From contig JAACET010000001.1 in the NCBI GenBank assembly GCA_011682385.1, forward strand, positions 1-49,362: a stretch of DNA of 49,362 bases, read 5' to 3'. Below, in pieces: positions 1 to 9,554 of this stretch; position 1 is the first letter of the stretch, and every line of letters begins with the position of its first letter. The notes under the pieces are model-generated. The model was given only the letters and a program-made list of their open reading frames with translations, made no database searches and was not told where the DNA came from. The stretch is from Actinomycetota bacterium. GTDB lineage: Bacteria; Planctomycetota; Phycisphaerae; JAACET01. Position numbers and translations under genes: made by a program.

Positions 1-233
1 ATCCCCTCTGCCAGCGGAGCTTCCGGTCCGACCACGGTCAATTCAATCGATTCGTTTTTTGCGAACTTGAGCAGCCCCGTTATGTCATCTGCTTTTAGGT
101 CGATATTCTCAGCCACTTCAGCCGTACCCGGGTTTCCGGGCCCGCAGAACAGTTTGCTCAGCAGTTTCGACTGAGCGATCTTCCAGGTGAGTGCATGTTC
201 ACGACCGCCGCTACCTATTACTAGAACTTTCAT
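1..233 (-). CDS. purD: Phosphoribosylamine--glycine ligase, N-terminal part (runs off window edge)
   Basis: Hand translation from ATG at 233: [22 protein letters not shown]...CGPGNPG...[13 protein letters not shown], the classic PurD N-terminus. AGGAG RBS upstream. Not in the ORF track. Confidence 0.95.
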   Translation of the reverse strand, partial: MKVLVIGSGGREHALTWKIAQSKLLSKLFCGPGNPGTAEVAENIDLKADDITGLLKFAKNESIELTVVGPEAPLAEG

Positions 234-281
234 GATTAGGATAATCTCCTGAAGTGGACTGAGGAATTTGATTGCAGCCGG

Positions 282-380
282 AAATTATCCGCAGGCGTAC
301 AGTCTGTCAACCAAGTCTTTTTTTCCCCCGGTTTGCGAGCAGTCTTTGTGATTGACATTGGCCCCTGAAAGCCCTACATT
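282..380. promoter_or_regulatory. Divergent sigma70-type promoters (purD / DUF502-PTS operon)
   Basis: + strand TTGACA(352-357)-N17-TACATT(375-380); - strand TTGACA(310-305)-N17-TAATTT(287-282). Confidence 0.6.
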
Positions 381-517
381 ATAAAAAACAGTAAAAGTGG
401 AGTATAGGGGCTGTTTTGGAGCTCTTTGTCCGATCCGGACCCCCTCCGCTTGTATGCAATAAGGCCCTGCAAAATGGGGGCGAGACTTGTAGGGGCGCCA
501 CTAGCTATAGTATCTCC

Positions 518-1285
518 ATGGAACCACACGTGCAAAAAAAAGGATTTTGGGCAAATTTCAAGCACTTCTTCTTCAGGGGTCTGGCTGCCATTCTGCCCAG
601 CCTTTTGACCTTGGTTTTGGTCGTTAAGGGTTACCAGTTCATAAACCAATACGTCGGCGGATATGTCAATTGGGCTCTGATTAGAATCGTAGCCTATGCT
701 CAATATCTGATATTTGGCGGTGAGCTTGGCCAGCGTATATCCCACCTGAAGGCGATTTGGGACAGTTGGTATCTGCACATTACCGGGTTTATCATTGCCA
801 TTTGCCTGATATATATCCTGGGCGTTTTCCTGGCCAGTTTTCTGGGCCGATGGATTTGGCGACTGATCGAGGCTTTGCTCGGCCGCACGCCGGTGGTCAA
901 GCAGGTCTACCCGCAGATCAAGCAGGTGACCGATTTTTTCCTGAGTTCTCAGCGGTTGAATTTTACTCAGGTAGTAGCCGTGGAGTATCCTCGCAAGGGT
1001 ATTTGGTCGTTGGGATTGGTTACCGGCCAGGCTCCTAAGCGTTTGCAGGAGCACCTGGATACAGAAGCCATTTCGGTGTTCATGCCCAGCTCGCCAACTC
1101 CGCTTACCGGTTATGTCATCTGTACTCGGCGGAGTGATGTTGTGGAGTTGGCCATTAGCATTGATGAGGCCTTTCGTTTCATTATTTCCGGCGGCGTGCT
1201 CAAACCCAGTGATAAGCTTGTCGATGGCAAACCGGTCGTGTCGGCCAAGCTGCCTTCACCTCCGGACGCCGACAAGCAGAGTTAG
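518..1285 (+). CDS. DUF502 family membrane protein
   Basis: FFRGL..ILP..LT N-terminus, two TM segments, P.VK.VY..IKQ, VEYPRKG.W..G..TG and VFMPSSPTP.TG motifs. ATG 518 preferred to the ORF-track start at 416. Confidence 0.85.
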   Translation: MEPHVQKKGFWANFKHFFFRGLAAILPSLLTLVLVVKGYQFINQYVGGYVNWALIRIVAYAQYLIFGGELGQRISHLKAIWDSWYLHITGFIIAICLIYILGVFLASFLGRWIWRLIEALLGRTPVVKQVYPQIKQVTDFFLSSQRLNFTQVVAVEYPRKGIWSLGLVTGQAPKRLQEHLDTEAISVFMPSSPTPLTGYVICTRRSDVVELAISIDEAFRFIISGGVLKPSDKLVDGKPVVSAKLPSPPDADKQS

Positions 1286-1308
1286 TTCTTTTTTTCAAGG
1301 ATGTGATA

Positions 1309-1647
1309 ATGCAAATATCCGTTAGTGGACGTCATCTGCATCTGTCCCCGCATGTGCAGGATTATGCCCGGACCAAAGCTGCTAAGTTGTCCCAGTTTTT
1401 TAATAAAATACAGACTGTCGATGTTGTTATATCCAAGCAGGGCCTGGACTATGCCGTAGAGATTATCGTCAAGCCTGATCATCGCGAGAGTTTTATAGGG
1501 CGTGGTTCCGGCTCTGACGTTCAGGCTTGCATCGACCTTAGTTTGGATAAGCTTGAGCGCCAGATTACCAGGTACAAAGAGAAGATTCGCAATCGCAAGC
1601 ACAAGACCGGACTAGCGGAGGGCTTAGCACCGCCGGAGCTCCTTTAG
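1309..1647 (+). CDS. hpf: Ribosome hibernation promoting factor (RaiA/HPF)
   Basis: MQISVSGRHL...KL..FF...CIDL..DKLERQI.RYKEK pattern; lies upstream of PTS IIA and HPr. Confidence 0.88.
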   Translation: MQISVSGRHLHLSPHVQDYARTKAAKLSQFFNKIQTVDVVISKQGLDYAVEIIVKPDHRESFIGRGSGSDVQACIDLSLDKLERQITRYKEKIRNRKHKTGLAEGLAPPELL

Positions 1648-1681
1648 TCTCGTAGCGGCTATTACAGCCCTGGAGAACTAC

Positions 1682-2155
1682 ATGAAATTGTCCCAGATGC
1701 TCAGCCAGGATGCCATTGTGTCCGAGTTACGCTCATCTACGCGTAATGGCGTCTTATCCGAGCTTGTTGATGTCTTGGTGGCCACCGGTGGTCTTAATCC
1801 TGAGAATTCTAAGCCGGTGCTTAAGGCTTTGATTGATCGCGAGACCCATGGCTCTACGGGTTTAGGCAAGGGTGTGGCTGTACCGCATTGTCAGCACTCT
1901 GCTGTGAAGCGGATGGTGATGGCCGTTGGTCGTTCCACCACGGGTGTGGAATTTAATGCTTTGGATAAGGCCCCGGTATATTTGATATTTTTGTTGCTCA
2001 GTCCGCCTGACGATCAGGACCGGCACCTGCAGGCCATGGAGCTTATTTTCCGACCTCTGCAGCGTGCTACCTTTAGAAAGTGGCTCCGGCAGGCCGATAC
2101 CCCTCAGGCCATCATGGATTGTATTGTCCAGGCTGAGGACGCCGGAGCGAATTGA
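1682..2155 (+). CDS. PTS IIA component (PtsN/fructose-mannitol family)
   Basis: DRE..GSTGLGKGVAVPH phospho-His motif; F.ALD..PV.LIFLLLSP. Confidence 0.9.
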   Translation: MKLSQMLSQDAIVSELRSSTRNGVLSELVDVLVATGGLNPENSKPVLKALIDRETHGSTGLGKGVAVPHCQHSAVKRMVMAVGRSTTGVEFNALDKAPVYLIFLLLSPPDDQDRHLQAMELIFRPLQRATFRKWLRQADTPQAIMDCIVQAEDAGAN

Positions 2156-2184
2156 CTTTTTGCGCTGGAGAAAGGCGACTGGGC

Positions 2185-2481
2185 ATGGTTGACAAAGCCG
2201 AGGCAGACTCTGACAAGGTGGTGCAGGATGTGGAGGTTCCCAACTCTTTGGGCCTGCACGCCAGACCGGCCATGCAGTTGGTTGACCTGGCCAATCGGTT
2301 TACTGCCGAGATTGAGATATCCAAGGCCGGCCAGCGTGTTGACGCCAAGAGTATCATGCAGGTAATGACCTTGGCAGCCACTCAGGGTACCAAGCTGACT
2401 TTGACTGCTCGTGGCGATGATGCTGCTCAGGCCGTTTCTGCCTTGGCCGGCCTCATTGCCGAGGGGTTTGGTGAAGAATGA
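2185..2481 (+). CDS. ptsH: Phosphocarrier protein HPr
   Basis: N.LGLHARPA (His15) and VDAKSIM (Ser46) motifs. Confidence 0.93.
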   Translation: MVDKAEADSDKVVQDVEVPNSLGLHARPAMQLVDLANRFTAEIEISKAGQRVDAKSIMQVMTLAATQGTKLTLTARGDDAAQAVSALAGLIAEGFGEE

Positions 2482-4250
2482 CTGACTCTAAGGAACAAGC
2501 TTCCTGCCTGACTAAGAAGGGTATTCCCGTATCTGCCGGCATAGCTTTTGCGCCGGCCGTGGTCATTGATGCCGAGGACTACCGCATACCTCGACGGCAC
2601 TTGTCCCGTTCGGACATCCGTCCCGAGTTGAACCGTTTGCGTAAGGCACTGACTGACTCTGCCGCCGAGGTAGCCAGCCTCCGCGAGTCTGTCACCCAGA
2701 AGTTTGGTCGCCAGACCGCTGCAATCTTCGATATGCATTGGCTCTACTTGCGTGACCGCAAGCTTTACAACGAGATTGCGGAGACCATCCGCGATCAGCT
2801 GGTCACCGCCGAGTATGCCACCAGTATTGTTTTGCGTCAAAAGGCCTTGGTGCTCTTGGAGTCTGCCGACCAGTACATGGCCGAGCGTGTCACCGATATT
2901 TACGACATTGAGCGTAGAATCCTGCACAACCTTATTGGCGAAAAGCGTGAGGATATTAGCCACCTCAATTCCGACGTTGTGGTTGTAGCTCACGATCTGA
3001 CGCCTTCCCAGACAGCCCATTTGGACAATACTCACGTAAAGGGCTTAGCCACTGACGCTGGCGGCCGGACTTCTCACTCAGCCATTGTGGCTCGTGCTCT
3101 GGGCATTCCTGCTGTGGTGGGCCTTAATGATGTCACTGCTTTGGTCAGTGGTGGTGATGAGCTGATTATCGACGGAACTCGCGGCGTCGTTATTATAAAG
3201 CCGGACGAAGCCGCCACGCAGCAATATCGCCAATACGAGCGGGAGCTGATCAGCTTGGGGCAAGAGCTCCAGTCCCTGCGTGACTTACCTGCCGTTACCA
3301 GTTGCGGAACGAAGGTGCAGTTATTCGGCAACATTGAGTTTCCTCAGGAAGCCCAGGCCTGTTTGGACTACGGCGCCGAGGGCATCGGCTTGTACCGCAC
3401 GGAGTTTTTGCACTTGGGTTCTGAGACCGAGCCTTCCGAGCAGGATCACTACGAAGCTTATTGCCAGGCTCTGGAGGTTATGGGCGATCGTCCTTTGATT
3501 ATCCGAACTCTGGACCTTGGTGCCGACAAATACACCCAGGCCAGGGCTGCTGCACCTGAGCGTAATCCTTTTCTGGGTTGTCGTTCGATAAGGTTTTGTT
3601 TGCAGCCCGAGAATCTTCCTTTGTTCCGCAGGCAATTGCGAGCTTTGCTGCGTGCCTCTGCTCACGGCGATATTCGTATCCTTTTGCCCTTGATTACCAC
3701 CCTTACGGAGCTGCACCAGACGCGGATGGTCCTGGGCGAGGTCATAGAGGAGTTGGACGAGCAAGACATAGACTATCGCCACGATATCCCCCTCGGCATC
3801 ATGGTTGAGACACCCGCAGCCGCTTTGAGTGCCCGCATGTTCGGTTCGGAGTGCAGTTTCTTCAGTATTGGGACCAATGATCTGATTCAGTATACTTTGG
3901 CCGTGGACCGGGCTAACGAGCACGTGGCCAGCCTGTTTACTGCCGCCCATCCTGCCTTGATCGGCATGATCAAAGACGTGATCAAGGCTGGAAAACGCTA
4001 TGACATCCCCGTGGCTTTATGTGGCGAGATGGCTTCCGAGCCGGAGTTTTGCCTTTTGTTGCTGGGTCTGGGGCTGCGGATATTTTCCGTCACTCCCCAG
4101 GCTATTCCCACGATAAAGAAGGTCATTCGGGCCAGTACTATGACCCACGCCCAGCGGGTGGCTCGCCGGGCAATGACTTTACATACTGATCGGCAGATAA
4201 TGCATTATTTACGCCTGGAGACGAGAAAGGTCTTTCCAGATCTGGTTTAA
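2478..4250 (+). CDS. ptsI: Phosphoenolpyruvate-protein phosphotransferase (PTS enzyme I)
   Basis: GGRTSHSAI active-site His; GIGLYRTEFL, RTLDLGADK, ERNPFLGCRSIR, FFSIGTNDLIQY, LCGEMA. ATGA overlap with HPr. Confidence 0.95.
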   Translation: MTDSKEQASCLTKKGIPVSAGIAFAPAVVIDAEDYRIPRRHLSRSDIRPELNRLRKALTDSAAEVASLRESVTQKFGRQTAAIFDMHWLYLRDRKLYNEIAETIRDQLVTAEYATSIVLRQKALVLLESADQYMAERVTDIYDIERRILHNLIGEKREDISHLNSDVVVVAHDLTPSQTAHLDNTHVKGLATDAGGRTSHSAIVARALGIPAVVGLNDVTALVSGGDELIIDGTRGVVIIKPDEAATQQYRQYERELISLGQELQSLRDLPAVTSCGTKVQLFGNIEFPQEAQACLDYGAEGIGLYRTEFLHLGSETEPSEQDHYEAYCQALEVMGDRPLIIRTLDLGADKYTQARAAAPERNPFLGCRSIRFCLQPENLPLFRRQLRALLRASAHGDIRILLPLITTLTELHQTRMVLGEVIEELDEQDIDYRHDIPLGIMVETPAAALSARMFGSECSFFSIGTNDLIQYTLAVDRANEHVASLFTAAHPALIGMIKDVIKAGKRYDIPVALCGEMASEPEFCLLLLGLGLRIFSVTPQAIPTIKKVIRASTMTHAQRVARRAMTLHTDRQIMHYLRLETRKVFPDLV

Positions 4251-4392
4251 GCCGATATAGTAGGGTATCTGCTGGCCTGTATGGCAGCTAACTCTTGAAT
4301 CTAACGTCGCCTACGTGGCGGCGAAGCAATATTCCAGTGGGCGGGGCTAATATCTTCTGATTGCTTGCCCTGCCCGTATATCGGGTTGGCCA

Positions 4393-5097
4393 TTGTTGTT
4401 TATAGCGCGGTGGCTCTCGGGAAAAGAGCTCCAATTGCGACGGAAGATCGCCGTTAGTTTTTCTGTATCGGGCGATGCCCGGTTCCTATCCCACCAGGAT
4501 ATGATGCGTTTGTTCGCCCGTGCGTGCCGCCGGGCCGGCTTGGGGCTCACCTACTCTGCCGGCTACAACCCACGTCCGCGTTTGGCCTTGGTATCACCTA
4601 GGCCGGTGGGTGTATCTTGTAGGGGGGATTTACTCATTCTGACGCTCCAGGATGATTGTTCCTGCCGGCAATTGTGCTCGCGCTTGGCCGCTCACTTACC
4701 CGATGGAGTCAGCTTGATTGATTCTATGGATCTGGGCTCAGCCCGATCCCCCATGGTTCAAGCTGCGACCTACTGCCTGCAACTGTCCCAGTCCGAGCTG
4801 GATGGCCTGGCTGAGAAGATCAGCTGTGTCTTACAGGCCGAGCATCTGGAGGTCGAACGTCCCGGACGCAAGGACCACCGGTCCCGTCGCTTGGACATTC
4901 GGCCGCATTTGGGCCGGATGCAATCTTCCGGCGATCAACTGTCGTTTACACTCGTTCATAGTGATACCGGCTCAGCCAGGCCCGTCGAGGTCTTGGCTCT
5001 GCTGGGTTTGGATAGCTTTTATAATCGATCGCAATTAGTACGTAGCTCGCTGAAGTACTCTCACTTTGGGTCAAACGCTGCGGTCGAACAGGTCTGA
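4393..5097 (+). CDS. TIGR03936 radical-SAM-associated protein (DUF2344)
   Basis: F...GD.RFLSHQD..R.F.RA.RRAGL...YS.GYNP.PR...P.PVG motif. Start codon uncertain (TTG). Confidence 0.85.
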   Translation: MLFIARWLSGKELQLRRKIAVSFSVSGDARFLSHQDMMRLFARACRRAGLGLTYSAGYNPRPRLALVSPRPVGVSCRGDLLILTLQDDCSCRQLCSRLAAHLPDGVSLIDSMDLGSARSPMVQAATYCLQLSQSELDGLAEKISCVLQAEHLEVERPGRKDHRSRRLDIRPHLGRMQSSGDQLSFTLVHSDTGSARPVEVLALLGLDSFYNRSQLVRSSLKYSHFGSNAAVEQV

Positions 5098-5110
5098 AAA
5101 GGAGTCTCGT

Positions 5111-6649
5111 GTGTCAAGGGAAATGCTCATCAATGCCGAAAACGAAGAATGTCGAATAGCCATTGTCGAGAATGGCAAACTGGAAGAACTCTATACCGAG
5201 CGTACTTCTGCTGCTTCTCATGTAGGAAACATCTATAAAGGGCGTATCACCAATGTAGAGAAATCCATCCAGGCTGCTTTTATTGACTTTGGTTTGCCCA
5301 AGCATGGATTTTTGCACATTTCGGATCTTCACTCGCAGTATTTATCTGGTTCTCGCCAACAGGACCAGAGCGCTCGCGAGCCCGTGGGCCGCAAGAAGCC
5401 GCGTCGTGAACGTCCGCTCATCCAGAACTGCCTCAGGCGTGGCCAGGACATCATTGTCCAGGTCATCAAGGAGGGGCTGGGTACTAAGGGACCGACTCTA
5501 ACCACCTACATTTCCCTGCCCGGCCGGTTCTTGGTCATGATGCCCGGAATGCAGCGTACGGGTGTTTCCCGTAAGATTGAGAACGAGGATGAACGTCGCC
5601 AGCTGAAAGCCATCTTAGCCGACCTGAATCCCCCGAAGAGCTATGGATTCATTGTTCGCACTGCCGGTTTGGGCCGCAGCAAACGGCTGTTGAGAGCGGA
5701 TTTGAATTATCTGTTGCGGTTATGGAATGCCGTCAGTCAGCGGGCCAAGTCCGAGCAGGCCCCTTGTGAGCTTTACCGCGAGTCCGATTTGGTCATCCGC
5801 ACCATTCGGGATGTTTTTAGTTCTGATATTTCCAGGATTGTTACCGATAATTCCGACGTAGCCAGCAGGATTTCTGACTTTCTCAAGGCGGCCATGCCCA
5901 GGTCTCTGCGCAAGGTCAATTTGTATGAGGGCAATGAGCCCTTGTTTTATCATTACAAAATTGAACAGGAAATAGACAAGATACACAGCCGTCGAGTGGA
6001 GCTGGCCTGTGGTGGTTCGCTGGTTATAGATCAGACGGAGGCCTTGGTGGCCATCGACGTCAACTCTGGCCAATCCCGTTCCCACGGCGACGCCGAGTCC
6101 ATGGCTTATCATATCAACATGGAAGCCGCCCCGGAAATCGCCCGCCAGCTGCGCCTACGGGACCTCGGCGGCCTGATTATTTGTGACTTCATTGACATGC
6201 GCGATGCCAAACACCGCCGCAACGTAGAGTCCTGTTTTCGTGAGGCCATGAAGCCCGACCGAGCCCGCTCTAAAATGTTGCGTATAAGTCAATTTGGAAT
6301 TGTGGAGATGACCCGGCAGCGTTTACGGCCCAGTTTTGCCAGCAGCATTTATGATCAGTGTCCTCACTGTGGTGGTACCGGTTTGCTCAAGAGCACTGAG
6401 TCTGCCACTTTCGACGTTATGCGGGCCCTGAAGTTGGTCTTGAATCACGAAGATGTGGCCTCTGTGGAGTTGAAGTTATCCCGACCGGTGGCCTCTTATT
6501 TGCAGAACAGCAAACGCCACTGGCTCGCCAACATGGAGAAGTCTTCGGGTAGAACGGTCATCATTGTCCCGGACGACAGTCGTGGCCCCGGCGAGTTCAG
6601 CTTCCAGTGCAAGAACGCTCGCGGCTCAAAAGTGTCTGTTGATGTATGA
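5111..6649 (+). CDS. Rne/Rng family ribonuclease (RNase E/G catalytic domain)
   Basis: MLINA..EECRIAIV, S1 domain GNIYKG....V...IQAAFID.G..KHGFLH.SD, TEAL.AIDVNSG, LRDLGGLI..DFIDM, and CPHC.G Zn link. AAGGAG RBS before GTG 5111. Confidence 0.93.
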   Translation: MSREMLINAENEECRIAIVENGKLEELYTERTSAASHVGNIYKGRITNVEKSIQAAFIDFGLPKHGFLHISDLHSQYLSGSRQQDQSAREPVGRKKPRRERPLIQNCLRRGQDIIVQVIKEGLGTKGPTLTTYISLPGRFLVMMPGMQRTGVSRKIENEDERRQLKAILADLNPPKSYGFIVRTAGLGRSKRLLRADLNYLLRLWNAVSQRAKSEQAPCELYRESDLVIRTIRDVFSSDISRIVTDNSDVASRISDFLKAAMPRSLRKVNLYEGNEPLFYHYKIEQEIDKIHSRRVELACGGSLVIDQTEALVAIDVNSGQSRSHGDAESMAYHINMEAAPEIARQLRLRDLGGLIICDFIDMRDAKHRRNVESCFREAMKPDRARSKMLRISQFGIVEMTRQRLRPSFASSIYDQCPHCGGTGLLKSTESATFDVMRALKLVLNHEDVASVELKLSRPVASYLQNSKRHWLANMEKSSGRTVIIVPDDSRGPGEFSFQCKNARGSKVSVDV

Positions 6650-6653
6650 CCGT

Positions 6654-6682
6654 AATGCCCCCAGCCTACGTGCTGGGGGTTT
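6654..6682. terminator. GC-rich palindrome / bidirectional terminator (copy A of a 29-bp repeat)
   Basis: GCCCCCAGC-ctacgt-GCTGGGGGT followed by a T-rich tail, between convergent rne and lspA. Near-identical copy at 22659-22687. Confidence 0.7.
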
Positions 6683-7190
6683 CTTTATGTCCCCGTAGAA
6701 TTGACAGAGCCAATACCCCCACCCCCACGCAGAGGAAGATGTCCGCCGAATTGAACGTTGGCCAGAAGGGAAAATCTATAAAATCCCGTACTGTGTGAGG
6801 TGGCACAAGCCTGTCCACCAGATTTCCCAGGGCCCCAGCCAATATCAGTCCCATTCCGATATGCCCAGCCCTGATCGTTTTGTCGCTGGTCAGGAAAAGA
6901 TAGATTATCAGTACGATACCCCCCAGCGTTGCCGCCATGATCAGCCACCACCCCAGTTTGATCCCGAAGGCGATGCCCGGGTTCCGGGCCAGCGAAAAGC
7001 AGAGCACCCCCTTGATGATATCATATTTCTGACCCGGCACATTTTCCAGTGCTCGCCAGATCAGCCACTTACTCAGCAGATCTACAGCCATACCTACCCC
7101 AGCCGTGATCCACAGCCTCAGATGACTGGCCGGATCACTTGCTGCTGTGCCGAATTTTTTCTGGTTCATTTGCAAAGCGTGGCCCATCAA
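6666..7190 (-). CDS. lspA: Lipoprotein signal peptidase II
   Basis: DL.SKW, N.GIAFG, GA.GNL.DRL, VRDFID and FN.AD catalytic Asp motifs. True start may be a few codons downstream. Confidence 0.92.
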   Translation of the reverse strand: MMGHALQMNQKKFGTAASDPASHLRLWITAGVGMAVDLLSKWLIWRALENVPGQKYDIIKGVLCFSLARNPGIAFGIKLGWWLIMAATLGGIVLIIYLFLTSDKTIRAGHIGMGLILAGALGNLVDRLVPPHTVRDFIDFPFWPTFNSADIFLCVGVGVLALSILRGHKETPST

Positions 7191-7226
7191 TTGTGGAAAC
7201 TCTGTGGCCTCAAGGCCTCAGCCGGT

Positions 7227-7922
7227 TTAGTTTTCTTTGGTTTCGTCTAACTCATCGACTTCGTCTCGATGCACTAGCCCTTTTTCCAGCATATTGGCAT
7301 ATTCGACGGTGTATCGTGTCCACGGCTCGAATTTCAGCCGGGTTTGCGGGATGGCTTCGCCGGTCCCTTCGCATATTCCGTAGACTTTCTGATCGATTCG
7401 TTTTAGGGCGTCGTCGATCTCGCGCAATAATTCCTGTTCGCTTTCCAGCAGGCTGAGGGTGAATTCCAATTCGTAGTTGTCTGAGCCCAGATCTGCCGGG
7501 TTGGTGGGGAACTTGGAGAGATTTCCCGCCGCGTCCTGACGATTTTTTTTCAGGGCCTCGTCACGCATTTGCGATACGCTGCCCAGTAGTTCCTTCCTCC
7601 GCTGCAGGAGAAGATCGCGGAATTCTGCCAGTTTTTTTGCCGACAGTGGCGACCCTTTCCGCCGATTTTTTCTGGCCGGAGCCGTTTTGGTAACTGGCCC
7701 CGCCGAACCCATTTTGCCATTCAACTTCGCCCCAGCCCCTGTAGACAGGAACTTCAAAGAGCTCTTGCTGGACGGGTTAGGTCTTCTGGGCTTCTTTCCG
7801 GAGCACTTTACCTGCTTCGCTGAGCTTTCGGCTTTGGTTTTTTTTACCCTAGCCTTTGCCGTTTTGGTGGACTTGGCTTTGGTTAGCGCAGGCTTAGCCT
7901 TCTTGGTTACCTTTTTGGCCAC
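7227..7922 (-). CDS. dksA: TraR/DksA family regulator with Lys-rich N-terminal extension
   Basis: Coiled coil with NPADLGSD tip; EID.AL.RI....YG.CE.TG..IP..RL...PW C-terminal domain. Confidence 0.82.
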   Translation of the reverse strand: MAKKVTKKAKPALTKAKSTKTAKARVKKTKAESSAKQVKCSGKKPRRPNPSSKSSLKFLSTGAGAKLNGKMGSAGPVTKTAPARKNRRKGSPLSAKKLAEFRDLLLQRRKELLGSVSQMRDEALKKNRQDAAGNLSKFPTNPADLGSDNYELEFTLSLLESEQELLREIDDALKRIDQKVYGICEGTGEAIPQTRLKFEPWTRYTVEYANMLEKGLVHRDEVDELDETKEN

Positions 7923-8021
7923 GTCAGTTCACTCCCCCAAGAGTAAAAAGTAGCATAACAGCCCCCGCAGCAAGGCCTTATGGCTTCACCCGGGCCGTCC
8001 GCAAAACACAGTGGACGGCAA

Positions 8022-8050
8022 ACTATAGGAGCGAGATACTCACTAGTCAA
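8022..8050 (-). promoter_or_regulatory. sigma70-type promoter for dksA-lspA
   Basis: TTGACT(8050-8045)-N17-TATAGT(8027-8022) on the - strand. Confidence 0.65.
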
Positions 8051-8074
8051 GCAAAAAACGTTCTGAGGCAATTT

Positions 8075-8235
8075 GAAGTCATCTCAAGACCCGCTTTCGT
8101 TGCGAGAACGTGCAATTTTGCTGGCTGGCAAGGAGCGAAAACGATACATATTGGGAGAATATCTTGAGTTTGAGTGACGCCGCCAGGCGGCAAAAGGGCC
8201 GTTCGCAGCAGAAATTGGGGTCTTGAGGTGGCTTC
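8075..8235. mobile_element. MITE-like / long palindromic intergenic element
   Basis: 18-bp terminal inverted repeat GAAGTCATCTCAAGACCC / GGGTCTTGAGGTGGCTTC with nested internal inverted segments. No ORF. Confidence 0.5.
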
Positions 8236-8324
8236 TTACCTCCTTGTGTTGCTAAATATTCGTCCGCCGATTAGTATTGGTTGGTTGAGTTACTGTGCAT
8301 ACTTGATATCAGGAGAGCTCTAAG

Positions 8325-9554
8325 GTGAAGCAAAAGAAGGTAAACAAGATCGTATTGGCCTACAGTGGCGGCCTGGACACCTCGGTTATCCTCCCTTGGT
8401 TGCGAGAAACCTATGGTTGCCAGGTAATCGCTTTTGCCGCCGAGTTGGGCCAGGGCCAGGAGTTGAAAGGGATTCGCCGTAAAGCCCTCGCCAGTGGTGC
8501 CAGCAAGTGTGTTGTGGCCGACTTGCGTGAGGAGTTCGCCGAGGATTTTCTTTGGCCCATGCTCCGTTGTGGAGCCGTCTATGAGGACCGCTACCTTCTG
8601 GGCACTTCTATTGCTCGTCCGCTGATTGCCAAGTACCAGGTCGCCGTGGCCAAGGCCGAGGGTGCCGACGCCGTTGCCCACGGCGCCACCGGTAAAGGCA
8701 ACGATCAGGTCCGCTTTGAGCTGACTTACATGGCCTTAGCGCCCAAGCTTAAGATCATCGCTCCCTGGAAGGATGATCGCTTTGAGTTGCGCAGTCGCGA
8801 GGCCGCCCTGGAATATGCCCAGGCTCGCGGCATACCCCTGGACGCTACCAAGAAGAAGATTTACAGTCGCGACCGCAATCTTTGGCACATTTCTCACGAG
8901 GGCGCCGATCTGGAGAACCCGGCCAATCAGCCGAAGGACGGATTATGGGTCATTTCCAAGCCGGTCTCGAAGGCCCCTGATAAGCCGCAGTACGTGCAGA
9001 TTGACTTTGTCTCTGGTGCCCCTGTTTCCGTCGATGGCCGGAAGATGAAAGCTCACCGAATCGTTGAGCGGTTGAATCTTTTGGCCGGCCGTCATGGCGT
9101 GGGTCAGACTGATCTTGTCGAGAATCGCCTGGTAGGTATTAAGAGCCGCGGCGCTTATGAGACTCCCGCCGGCACTGTTCTCTATGAGGCCCACCGAGCC
9201 TTGGAGAGTATTACCCTGGATCGTGATACGGCCCATTATAAGCAGCAGGTAGCCCTGCGCTATGCGGAGTTGGTTTATAACGGCCAATGGTTTACTCCGT
9301 TGCGTCGTGCCCTGGATGCCTTTGTCGATGTTACCCAGGAACCTGTAACCGGCCGGGTGAAGGTCAAGCTCTTTAAGGGCCGGGCCACGGTCGCGGGTCT
9401 TAGCAGTCCCAATTCACTTTATATGGACGAGCTGGCCAGTTTCACTATGGGAGCCGAGTACGAGCCCAAGGATGCCATTGGCTTTATACGTCTGTTTGGT
9501 CTGCAGCAGAAGATTCAAGCCCAACTGGCCAAAGCGCCACGGAAAAAGAAATAA
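8325..9554 (+). CDS. argG: Argininosuccinate synthase
   Basis: [59 protein letters not shown]. Confidence 0.97.
   Translation: MKQKKVNKIVLAYSGGLDTSVILPWLRETYGCQVIAFAAELGQGQELKGIRRKALASGASKCVVADLREEFAEDFLWPMLRCGAVYEDRYLLGTSIARPLIAKYQVAVAKAEGADAVAHGATGKGNDQVRFELTYMALAPKLKIIAPWKDDRFELRSREAALEYAQARGIPLDATKKKIYSRDRNLWHISHEGADLENPANQPKDGLWVISKPVSKAPDKPQYVQIDFVSGAPVSVDGRKMKAHRIVERLNLLAGRHGVGQTDLVENRLVGIKSRGAYETPAGTVLYEAHRALESITLDRDTAHYKQQVALRYAELVYNGQWFTPLRRALDAFVDVTQEPVTGRVKVKLFKGRATVAGLSSPNSLYMDELASFTMGAEYEPKDAIGFIRLFGLQQKIQAQLAKAPRKKK

Noticed and set aside
374-1054. Long antisense and alternative-frame ORFs in the track (e.g. 374-1054, 2427-3035, 3321-3950, 43865-44572)
   Set aside because: They overlap well-supported genes, have no recognisable motifs, and are expected shadows in GC-rich coding DNA.
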